A stretch of 64,000 bases of DNA, taken from assembly GCA_965207885.1 (NCBI GenBank), contig OZ242311.1, positions 4,832,001 to 4,896,000 of the forward strand, read 5' to 3'. The translations under genes were made by a program, and so were the position numbers. Below the pieces are notes generated by a model. It was given only the letters and a program-made list of their open reading frames with translations. It was not told the DNA's origin and did not search any database. This stretch comes from Candidatus Latescibacterota bacterium. GTDB lineage: Bacteria; Latescibacterota; UBA2968. Shown piece after piece: positions 1 through 9,238 of this stretch. Every line of letters starts with the position of its first letter. Position 1 is the stretch's first letter.

Positions 1-1321
1 TTTCTTTTTTCGCCGCCGGGAAGAGAATATTGTTGAGGATGAGGCGATAGCCAGGCGAATTTTTGTGCAGTGCGAGTTGCGTGGGCGGGTCGTTGACAAA
101 GTGTTGATAGTCTTCCGGATCGTGTCCCGCATAAAATGTGAATGTGCCCTTCCCGATGTTGCCGTGGATGTATTTGACGTGGTCGGTGCCGGGTATGTCG
201 CCCATAATGGTGACGGATTTTTTGATGCGATTTTTGCGAAAGGCCGTTGTTTGGCCCAAAAAGCCGGGGACGATGGGTGTGTGGTTTTGCGTGAGCATAG
301 TGGGCACGGGATCGTATTTTGCCGAGAATTCAAATAGTGAAAAGGCGTCGATATCGGCATTTTTGATCTGGCTCATTTCAATGGGCGACAGGTCGATGTC
401 GCCGTGTTCGTATTCGAGGGGGTCCATAACGAGGTTGAAGTTTTCAAAGGCTACTGTGCGTGAAAAATCGAGTTTTTGACGCGCCTGTGGGTCTGCGGGG
501 TCGCCGTCGTAAACGCTATCGACGATGTCGATTCCTCGCGCGGCAAGGGCAATGTCAAATGTATCGGTGGCCGAGCACATGGCAAAGAGAAATCCGCCCT
601 GTGCGACGTAGTTGTAAATGGCCTGTGCAACCGCGCCTTTGAGGTGGGAGACTTTGGCAAAACCCAATTTGCCAGCGAGGGCTTTGAATCCGGCCTGTTG
701 TTGGCGGTACCAGAGGGTGTGGCCGTGGCTGCGATAAAATTTGCCGTATTGTCCTGTGAAGTCTTCGTGGTGCAGGTGCAGCCAGTCGAAGTTTTCGAGT
801 TTGCCGCTGAGGACTTCTTCGTCCCACAGGGTGGTGTAGGGTATTTCCGCGTATGTGAGGGCCAGTGTGACGGCGTCGTCCCAGGGCTGTTTGTTCGGGG
901 GGGTATAGACGGCGATGCGAGGAGCTTTTTCAAGGCGCATGCGGTTCATGTTGCCGGATTCAATATCGGCGTAGATGCGCGTGGCCTGCGCGGCTGAGAT
1001 GGCCTGGAATGAGACGGCGCGGATGCGGGCTTCGCGCGCGATGGTTTCGTGGTTGTCGATGAGGAAGGAGCCGCCGCGGTAGTTGAGCAACCATTCGACG
1101 GGATGGCCTTGCTGCAATGCCCAATACGCAATGCCGTAGGCTTTGAGGTGATCTGTTTGCGATACGTCCATGGGGATGAGTATTTTGCCGACGTTCGCGC
1201 TGCCACCACCAATCGCCGCTGTGCAGGGAGATGATGTTGCGAGAATAAGGGCGAGAAGTGTGAAGTAAGAAGTAAGAAGTATGAAATGGGTATGTCTTGC
1301 ATTTTGCCGCTGTATTTTCAT
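1..1321 (-). CDS. Conserved FCB-group protein, often auto-annotated 'asparagine synthetase B'; N-terminal hydrophobic/signal segment; 3' end runs off the window
   Basis: Absent from the ORF track because it has no stop in the window. Manual translation from ATG at 1321: MKIQRQNARH...KILIPMDVSQTDHLKAYGIAYWALQQG...WLLNYRGGSF...PWDDAVTLALTYAEIPY...DWLHLHHEDFTGQYGKFY...FAMCSATD...GYRLILNNILFPAAKKE. RBS-like AAGGAAG upstream. Confidence 0.8.
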   Translation of the reverse strand, partial: MKIQRQNARHTHFILLTSYFTLLALILATSSPCTAAIGGGSANVGKILIPMDVSQTDHLKAYGIAYWALQQGHPVEWLLNYRGGSFLIDNHETIAREARIRAVSFQAISAAQATRIYADIESGNMNRMRLEKAPRIAVYTPPNKQPWDDAVTLALTYAEIPYTTLWDEEVLSGKLENFDWLHLHHEDFTGQYGKFYRSHGHTLWYRQQQAGFKALAGKLGFAKVSHLKGAVAQAIYNYVAQGGFLFAMCSATDTFDIALAARGIDIVDSVYDGDPADPQARQKLDFSRTVAFENFNLVMDPLEYEHGDIDLSPIEMSQIKNADIDAFSLFEFSAKYDPVPTMLTQNHTPIVPGFLGQTTAFRKNRIKKSVTIMGDIPGTDHVKYIHGNIGKGTFTFYAGHDPEDYQHFVNDPPTQLALHKNSPGYRLILNNILFPAAKKE

Positions 1322-1340
1322 CCCGCTTCCTTTGTTTTTT
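1318..1340. repeat. 23-bp direct repeat, left copy (putative att site or target duplication) TCATCCCGCTTCCTTTGTTTTTT
   Basis: Identical to 14827-14849. Confidence 0.9.
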
Positions 1341-1370
1341 GGTTCTTCCTGAGATGATAGTAATAGCACT

Positions 1371-1425
1371 TGTCATTGCGGCAGGGTTTTAGCCGCCACG
1401 CGCAAGCACAACGCCAGTAATCCAG
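1371..1425. repeat. Degenerate REP-like palindromic element (GTCATT...ATCCAG type)
   Basis: TGTCATTGCGGCAGGGTTTTAGCCGC...AATCCAG with a GCGGC/GCCGC stem. Confidence 0.35.
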
Positions 1426-1499
1426 AAGGTTTTGATCCACTGGCTGCTGGGAACAGTACAGGAGTTGTTCCCTACGGTGATATTGTTAATCTGGTATTT

Positions 1500-1525
1500 G
1501 TAGGGGCGACCCCCTGTGGTCGCCC
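1500..1525. repeat. GTAG-family REP element
   Basis: GTAG-GGGCGACC-CCCTGT-GGTCGCCC: GTAG tetranucleotide followed by a perfect 8-bp GC stem. Confidence 0.7.
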
Positions 1526-1546
1526 GCTGACTATAATTTGGGATAA

Positions 1547-1993
1547 TTAGATATTTCCCAGCAACTGCCTCGCATCAACACCCACATGTTCTTCCAATAA
1601 TTCCCGAAATGCCGCCAGTACTGCCAGAGATTTACTACGGTCTTCAGAGCTTTCAGAATAGAACAAATCCCTAACTTGAGAAAGAGGGAGTTCGAGAAAT
1701 GGAGAGCAAGGTTGAGCGAGTTTTGCCTGGACGTAGTTTTCTGCCAGATGCCGCAACCGAGCATCTACGCCCATGATAGGCTTCCGATGCCCATCTTCAA
1801 TATTTTGAACGATCTTATCCAGTTTTTGAAAAAAAGCTATAAGAATCGCTGTCGCCTGTTCAGCAGCTTCTTTTCTATTTGTATCAAGATACCCCTTTTC
1901 AGTCAATTTACGGTGAATAGACAGGGTATTGATCGCGGATAGGAGTTCCTGGCTTTGTTGGAAACTCTGAATAGCCAGCCAATGTGTACTCAT
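1547..1993 (-). CDS. Hypothetical protein (148 aa, helical-looking)
   Basis: Clean ORF with AGAAGG RBS-like sequence; co-oriented with island genes; no motif recognised. Confidence 0.7.
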   Translation of the reverse strand: MSTHWLAIQSFQQSQELLSAINTLSIHRKLTEKGYLDTNRKEAAEQATAILIAFFQKLDKIVQNIEDGHRKPIMGVDARLRHLAENYVQAKLAQPCSPFLELPLSQVRDLFYSESSEDRSKSLAVLAAFRELLEEHVGVDARQLLGNI

Positions 1994-2101
1994 CAGGTTT
2001 TACCTTCTAAAATACATTTCACAAAGATGGTTTGGTAAACAGTTTTTCGCCTTTTCTATACCCGGTTCTGCACTGGTAGTATGTGGTATAATGCTTTGAG
2101 G

Positions 2102-3310
2102 TCATGCAGGAATATTGAAGACGAGCACGGTGAGTATGATTTCCCTGTTTGCATCATCGCGGTGGCTGAGTATGTACCGAAAACCAGTCTCTGAGTCATA
2201 GTCCCTATTCGTTTTGTAGTTAGGATGGTCTTTAACTGCTTCGGGTATCCTCTTGAGGACGGTGGACATCTCGGCGTCTCGATTGAACACGAGAAGGGCG
2301 ATCTTCGTATCCCTCCAGGTAGAGTAATTCAGCAACTGATCGATGGATTTTCTGAATGCCTTTGGACCTTTCCAAAATTTGCATTCAGCGATGAATATGT
2401 TTTTACCCCCTACGCGGATTAGGATGTCAGTCTTGCCATCGAAGTTAAAGGTTTCGGCTGTGGCCTGTCCCTCATAGTGACCATTGAGCTGTACGAGAAA
2501 GTGTTGCCGCAGGTCCTCCTCTTTCATGTCTTTGAAAGCCTTAGGACTGCGCTCAATGACCATGACCATGTCTGAAACGATTGATAGGATATGTTCATAC
2601 TCTTGCATATCCAGTGCGGGTTCGGGTTTGTAGGGTGCCATGGAGGCTGGCGGAAGTTTCGGAGTGATAACCCGTTTCACTTGCGACGCAATATAGGTAA
2701 TGGGTGTATCGTTCCTGCGCCGGAGTGGGAAACCTATATTCTCCACCAGATCTCTATCCCTGAGTATTTTCTCACGTCTGGCTTTGATTCCTTCAGACGC
2801 CGTTTCACGAATTGACGAGTTGAATGATGTAACATCCCCCTCAACCCATTTCAGGTAATTTTTTAAATTCGCCAGTTCCGACTTGAACTCACTCTCAATT
2901 TGCGCGGCTTCAGAGGTTGTCCGCTCGTATATCATCTCAATCTCGCTGTCTCCCACGTCTGCGCGTGGCGGGTTGAAGTTAAAGTGCGATGGCTGTAGCT
3001 CGAATAGACTTGGATCGCCCGTGAATGGTATGTAAAACGTGATACTGGTTCCCGTTACAGATTGAGTACGTCCGTAATCCCATCTATAGCTTACGTCGAT
3101 CTCAGCATCGTCGTAATCTGCTTGGATTTGCAATTCATCAATTTGAAGTGCTTCTACTTTGTATTTTTCGATAAAGTAGTTACACAGGTCTTCTTCTGAA
3201 GTATTGAGTATCCGGTTTTCATCGAGTGAATTAATCTCATCACGCATCTTTTGCCCTTGAGTGCGGAGGGCATCGCTAAGATATCCCCCATTGAATAGTA
3301 AGTCTGTCAC
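2102..3310 (-). CDS. PD-(D/E)xK restriction-endonuclease-fold protein (402 aa), putative defence nuclease
   Basis: C-terminal EEDLR...ETFN..GKTDILIR....IFIAECKFW...IDQLLNY pattern (D...ExK...Q...Y); GTG start with GGAGG RBS. Confidence 0.7.
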   Translation of the reverse strand: MTDLLFNGGYLSDALRTQGQKMRDEINSLDENRILNTSEEDLCNYFIEKYKVEALQIDELQIQADYDDAEIDVSYRWDYGRTQSVTGTSITFYIPFTGDPSLFELQPSHFNFNPPRADVGDSEIEMIYERTTSEAAQIESEFKSELANLKNYLKWVEGDVTSFNSSIRETASEGIKARREKILRDRDLVENIGFPLRRRNDTPITYIASQVKRVITPKLPPASMAPYKPEPALDMQEYEHILSIVSDMVMVIERSPKAFKDMKEEDLRQHFLVQLNGHYEGQATAETFNFDGKTDILIRVGGKNIFIAECKFWKGPKAFRKSIDQLLNYSTWRDTKIALLVFNRDAEMSTVLKRIPEAVKDHPNYKTNRDYDSETGFRYILSHRDDANREIILTVLVFNIPA

Positions 3311-3479
3311 TGTTTCAGTACCTCCGTTTGCATCTATTGGTTATTTTTTTCAGTAATACTTATCCAGTTCTTATAGGATATTAGAGGTATATAATTTTTT
3401 AATGATGCACAAATATACCAAAGGAGCAGTTTAACACTCAAAAGAAATTTAATATTTCGAATATTTTTTGCCCTTGTCT

Positions 3480-4472
3480 CTACAAAAATTTTTCACCGGC
3501 ATGATCTGTGAACGAATCGGCATCGCGGATGTATTTCATTACAGTTGAGGGATTTGTGTGTCTGGTGATTTCCATTATTTTATCTAAGCGAGCATTGTGA
3601 CAAGCCGCGCTGGTAACAAAACCAGCCCTTAATGAATGTCCTGATATTTCCTTCTCATCTAAGCCACTTAATTTCGCATAATGTTTAACTAAGCGGGGAA
3701 TATCCGAATGGTGCATTGGTTTGCCTCGCAGTGTGCCCCCACGCCTCATTGTCTGAAATACAGGACCATCAGTAATTCCCGATGCTTCCAGCCAATCTTG
3801 CAGCCTTTGTATAGGCTTTAAGTACTTGCCTCCTGGTATAGCGATCTTATGCCCTTTCCCTTCTTGATCTGTCTTTGACTTGCGAATATAGAGAAACATT
3901 TTTTTTCTACCATCTGGGGATGGTATGATTTCAATATCATCTGTTGTAAGTCCGCATATCTCTGATCGCCTAAGTGCACCAGCGAATCCAATAGCAATGA
4001 TTGCGGCGTCCCGTAGGCAGATTAATTTTTTCCCTACCTGATTTGCCGTCAGGTCACATATGTTCAGCATTTTTTTGATATGATATTCTCTTAACGCCTT
4101 GACCTGGCGGCAGGCTGAGCCTCTAAGCCGCGCAAGACCTTTCACAACAGCATTGACATTAGGATGGTTAGTAGGGGATGGGATTCCTAATTCAACATAT
4201 TTCCTATTGATTGCGCTCCGATATAAAACTACTGTACCCATAGAAAGTATTTTTCCACTTGCCGGTCTGGGACGTGTCGCCAGTTCAATCATAAAATTAG
4301 CAATGTCTTTTGGTGTGGCGGATAAAGAGCAGATGTTTTGCGAATCACAATAATCGCTAAAACAAGACCAACCTTTGTCATAGGCGATACGGGTATTGTC
4401 CGCTAAAGCGGATGAAACCACCTCGCTATAAAAGTCTATTTTGATTGCATTAGCCTGAGAAGATGATGTCAT
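3480..4472 (-). CDS. Tyrosine site-specific recombinase/integrase (Cre-like)
   Basis: N-terminal core-binding region (LADNTRIAY...W..F); catalytic motifs ALRRSE, KSKTDQ, SGHSLRAG, TRH...VMKY; AGGAG RBS. Confidence 0.93.
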   Translation of the reverse strand: MTSSSQANAIKIDFYSEVVSSALADNTRIAYDKGWSCFSDYCDSQNICSLSATPKDIANFMIELATRPRPASGKILSMGTVVLYRSAINRKYVELGIPSPTNHPNVNAVVKGLARLRGSACRQVKALREYHIKKMLNICDLTANQVGKKLICLRDAAIIAIGFAGALRRSEICGLTTDDIEIIPSPDGRKKMFLYIRKSKTDQEGKGHKIAIPGGKYLKPIQRLQDWLEASGITDGPVFQTMRRGGTLRGKPMHHSDIPRLVKHYAKLSGLDEKEISGHSLRAGFVTSAACHNARLDKIMEITRHTNPSTVMKYIRDADSFTDHAGEKFL

Positions 4473-4533
4473 TTTGAACTCCTGAGAATTGATTTGGATT
4501 GTACTAAATTGTTGAAACTATAAATATAAATAG

Positions 4534-5310
4534 TCAGAGATAAAAAATATTATCAAGGAGTTATCTATTAACTACGGAATTAAGACTCGTTACAATGAGG
4601 CTTTTATCATTGATAATCAGACTAAGGAGAGATTAATTATCCAAGATTCTAAATCTGCTGAAATCATTAGGCCAGTATTGCGAGGAAGGGATATTAGCCG
4701 TTACAAGGCTAACTGGGCGGGATTGTGGTTGATTGACACTCATAACGGATACGGTGATATTTCCGCTGTTGATATTGACGACTACCCGGCCATCAAAAGC
4801 CATCTGGACATATTCTACCCAAAACTGGAAAAACGCTACGATAAAGGCAGAACACCTTACAATCTCCGTAATTGCGCTTACCATGCAGAGTTCAAAAAAG
4901 AAAAATTGGTGTGGATTGAACTGGTCGAAAATGGGCGCTTTGCCTATGACCACAGCGGGATATACTGTGAAGCCACATCCTTTATAATGACCGGCGATTG
5001 CATCAAATATCTCTGCGTCTTGCTGAATGCAAAGTTAATACGCTGGTTTCTTCAGAAGACAGCACCAACATCGGGTATGGGAACTTTACGCTGGAAAAAA
5101 GCTTATGTTGAAACAATTCCCGTCCCCCAATTATCAGCGAGAGAGCAGTACCTGTTTATTGAACTAATGGAGCATATCCTGACGGCTAAAGCGACTGATC
5201 TGAATGCCGATATATCAGCTACTGAATCCGAGATTGACCTGCGGGTTTACGAATTGTATGGACTGACGGCGACAGAGATCTCCGCAGTGGAAGATCAGCC
5301 TTTACTATAG
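4534..5310 (+). other. Silent (no ATG start) alternative C-terminal target-recognition cassette of the RM gene, TaqI-C-like, in inverted orientation
   Basis: Open frame begins after the TAG at 4531-4533. It translates KELSINYGIKTRYNEAFIIDNQTKE...KSAEIIRPVLRGRDI...CAYH..F.KEKL.W...GRFAYD...IKYLC.LLN..LI.WF...SGMG..RW, colinear with the last ~260 aa of the 5376-9116 gene. Confidence 0.88.
4603..4628. repeat. Inverted repeat, left arm (TTTATCATTGATAATCAGACTAAGGA)
   Basis: 25/26 match to the reverse complement of 6085-6110, including a perfect 17-bp block; contains the dyad TTATCA-N-TGATAA. Confidence 0.8.
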
Positions 5311-5375
5311 ACAATCAACGTGGCAACTCACAAAGCTATGTTTTTGCGCTATTTAGAATTTGATTTACTCAGGAT

Positions 5376-8300
5376 TTATCTTTTACCGCTTACCGCAGCG
5401 ATTTCTTTTTCGTCCAGATAGTAGAGGGTGTAGACTAGCCGGTCTATCTCTACCTCATGCTCGCTGACATCGGCTGTTGGATTAGAGGCTTTGGCCTTCA
5501 AGATGCGATCAACCAATCGTATGAACGAAACTTGCTCTGCTACAGTGAGTTTCGGAATAGGGATTGATTCTACGGAAGCATTAATCCATCTCGTAACACC
5601 CATTCCAGAATTCATGGCAGTGTTCTTCATAAACCAAGTTATCAGATTAGAATTAAGTAGGGCGCATAAATATTTGATTGATGGACCTGACATAATAAAT
5701 GCCGTGTTTAAGCAGAACAGACCATCCACATCATAGGCAAAACGTCCTTGTTCTGTCAGATCCATCCAGATCAGCTTTTCTTTGGAAAAATCTGTATGGT
5801 AAGCGCAAGTATCCTGTAATTCGTACCAAGCATGTGTAGTCTTTTTTCTTGACTTCGTGCCATTCGGAAGAGTTTTACCCGACTGTTCTAATCGCGTTTT
5901 GCCAAAAGACAGCAGATGCCTTTTCACTTCTGGATAGTCATCAATGTTGAGGCCAATAGCAGGAAATGTTGCTATCAGCCAGAGTTTTGTACTTTCCCAA
6001 TCAGCTTGATACCTCTGAATATCCCTCCCTCTTAAGACTGGCCTAATAATCTCAGCCGACTTTGGATCTTTTTTAACCAGTGCTTCCTTAGTCTGATTAT
6101 CGATGATAAAGGCACTATTATAACCGGTTAAAACTCCTCGGTAAATAGATATATCCCACTCCTTCAGCGGCACTCCAACGGTTTCCATCTTGTCCATAAT
6201 GGGTTGCTCTATGGCTGAAAGTGCGCTCCAGGGCTTTTCGCTCTGTGGTTGAAATGTCCCCCATAAGTGCTCAGCGGGCGGAAAGTTTTTATTGGATAAG
6301 TGGTCCATATCCACTGCCTTACCGGTCTCATTGCTTTTGCCTTCGCGTATTATCAGTATATTGGTGTCAACAATAGCATTTTCAAAAATGTCCTTGCCCA
6401 TTTCCAGCAATTGTAATGGTGTCTGTTGTTCGGAAAAGTAGCGGCGTGTGGATTTGCCGTACTCTGCTCTCAGCCAGCTATTGGAAGTGATAAAGCATAG
6501 CAAGCCACGTTGTGGTGTGAGCAATTGGCAGCCTTTTTCGTAGAAAAGTTGATAGATATCACCGGTGGAGGCAAAGGTTTCAAAATCAGCGTATTGATAA
6601 CGGCGTCGCAGTTCCCCTCTGTTTTTTTGCAGTTGAATGTACGGCGGATTCCCGATGACCATATCAAAACCGCGCGTTATGCCGAACATATACTCGGGAT
6701 CAAACCAGTCGGCTTTTGCATTTTGGTCGTACGGTTTCCAGTGGGCGACTTTTTGTGCGGTCTCAAGGCTGGCATCGAAACGTTTTTCGCGCAGACTATA
6801 CTTTTTTAGCTCATCTTCACGCAATTTTTTTCTGTCTTTCGGGTTGGGAATCTGGGCAACTCTTTCGTCTATGTCCCGTTGCTGGCGCGTTGCCCATTCT
6901 TCTTTTTGTGCTTTCAGTGCTTGATCCAATTGGTCACGGCAGGCTTGCTCCTCGCGGGTGTATTGAAGCTTTTGTGGTCGGTTGTTTGCGAGAAAATACT
7001 TTTCACGAATCGCCTCAATTTCTTTTAGCAATTGCTGTACAGTGTCATCTTGAAGTAGAGATCTGGCTTCGGATAGCTGTAAACCGATCAGCGTATCTGC
7101 TGCGACAAAGCGTGTCTCTAAATTCGGCAGGGGCTTGATGCCGAAGTTGTCGGCATTCTTATCTTGTTCTTGCTCAATTGCCAGCGAAATGAAAAAACGC
7201 AGTTTGGCGATCTGGCAAGCAATAGGCTGGATGTCCACGCCGAAGATGCTGCTTTGAATCAGGTATAGCTTACGCCCAAAGTCGCCCGAATATCGCTCGA
7301 AGGTTTCGCTAATTTCCAGCAATTCGGCATAGCGTTCTTGTTGGTTTTTGGTCTCAAACGCCGCGTCTGCCTTTGCTTTGGCGCGTTCTTTTTGCAGGGC
7401 TTCCCAACGAGTGTTGTCGGGATCAATTCGCCGCAATGCCAGGGTGAGTTTGTGCAGCATGCCCATCGGAAATGCACCGGAACCAACCGCGGGATCCAGC
7501 ACTTTGATCTCTGCAATCGCCCGCACAATGCCCTCTGCTTCTTCTTCCTCAAAAAGCTCTTTGGCGTCGTCGAATGCGTCCTCATAATCCAGCAGATAAC
7601 GCAAGCGTTCTTGCCAGAAGGCCCTGTCGCCATCGGTAGGCTGGCTGTTCTCGGTGAGTGATGCCATTAGGGCCTCATCTACCATGTAGTCCACCACGGG
7701 GCGCGGGGTATAGTAAGAGCCAGTCTGTTTGCGGGCTGTTTCGCGTGTCTCAGGGTTGTAAGCTGCCAGCAGGTTTTCAAATACCTTGCCGAGCAGTTCA
7801 GGATCGAGTGCGACTTCCTGCTCTATAGGGGTGTTCTCTTCCACCGTGAACTTGTAATTTTCGAATAAGGTGATCAGCCCGTTGGCACCAAAAAACAGGC
7901 GGTTGGGAATAGAATAGTCACGGCGCTGGGTGGGGTTGTCGGTAAAGCAGTCCAGACGAGTGCCACCGGCTTGGACGCCTTCAAAGCTGTCCAGGCAGTC
8001 AAACAGGCCACCGTTGATAAAGGGCGTCTGATTGAAGAGTTGGCGTAGGCCATCTGAGTCGGCCATCTCTTCCTTGTATCGGTACACGGAGGGATTGCGG
8101 TGGTCGGTACGATTCTGTTTGCTGAAACGACGCTTTTCAATCTCGGTGTTCAGGGTGGCGAAAAACAGGTTTTGCAACACAGCGCGGTAGTAGGAGTCGC
8201 CGGTTTCGTGGTCGTAATTTTTTAGGAGGTCACGAACCTTATTCTTTATGAACAGGTCCTCGGCGATCAGCCCCTTTTCTTTGATAAACCAGACGAATAG

Positions 8301-9116
8301 CAGGCGGGTAATGAGGCGGATGACGTGTTCTTCCGATGATATGGTCTGTGTCTGATTCTTGGGAAAAGTGGCTTCCGCGATAGCGCGCTCAAACCAGTTG
8401 TACAAATCCCGATAGAATTGACGGTTGAGTTCCTGGGTATCCAGTTTGGCCAGCTAGGCGGCGAGCAAGCCATCAAAATTGTGCGATTTGTTGTGATCGT
8501 TCATCCACGTCAGCAGATTTGATAGGGATAATTCCTCAAGGATATCCAGATGTGCACGATACGGCTTATTGGGATGAATATCTTTAATCAATGTGACGCT
8601 CTCCAGCACGTTCCGAGTGTTATCGCGCTTGTGCGGGCGGCGGTGAACAAAGGCGAGGGTGAGCAGGTTGGATGGGGTTCGGAAAAGTACGACGGAGGGT
8701 TGGCTCAAGCGCTTGTTAATCTCGCGGGTGAATTCCGCGTACTGCCCGCGAGCATAGGTGTCTTTCTTCAGTTCTACGGCGGAGAAGATAAAACTACTTG
8801 TGTTGCCCTTGTCAAAAGAAGCTGGTTCAAAAATCAGCGTCTGCTGATTACTGGAAGCGATTTCATCGCTGGTAAGCTGAAAAATGAACCGCACGGATTG
8901 GGCGTTTTCACAGAATGCCTGCTCGGTCTTGGTGTTCTCGTTTGGAGCGGGAAATTGCTGGATGAAGTCTTCTGGATGACCCGAAAGTTCCAACGTGCGA
9001 TCACTCTGGTATCCAAGGACTTTCAGTAGGTCTTTAGTCGTCGCCAGAAAATCGCTATCAGGTATCGTTGCCAGAGCCGATAGAATCTGTTCCTTTGGTT
9101 GAATAACACTGCTCAT
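5376..9116 (-). pseudogene. Type IIG/Eco57I-like RM protein (N-terminal REase-like domain + N6-adenine MTase + TaqI-C-like TRD), interrupted by one in-frame TAG at 8454-8456
   Basis: Motif I VLDPAVGSGAF, motif IV VIGNPPY, TGSYYTPR. ORFs 8454-9116 and 5376-8405 share a frame (3741 nt = 1247 codons). The TAG aligns with TGG (Trp) in the paralogous domain of 9239-10879. The MTase part might still be expressed from TTG at 8405. Confidence 0.85.
6085..6110. repeat. Inverted repeat, right arm, inside the MTase gene (encodes FIIDNQTKE)
   Basis: TCCTTAGTCTGATTATCGATGATAAA is the reverse complement of the left arm with one mismatch; same reading frame in both cassettes. Confidence 0.8.
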
Positions 9117-9238
9117 TGGATCTGCTCCAGAGGATTAGACATTGCCATACTTCCGCTCCCATCAATAATTGTCTATATAGTTCCATTTCGGTCGCAGGAA
9201 CATTTTCGATTCGGAACTTCATTCGCCAATCACGGCGT

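Noticed and set aside
451-1376. Several listed ORFs (451-933, 476-997, 946-1302, 960-1376)
   Set aside because: Alternative-frame or antisense shadows of the real minus-strand gene starting at 1321.
4678-5310. 210-aa ORF treated as an independent gene
   Set aside because: The TTG start falls mid-domain and homology extends ~40 codons upstream; it is better explained as a silent cassette, although independent expression is not excluded.
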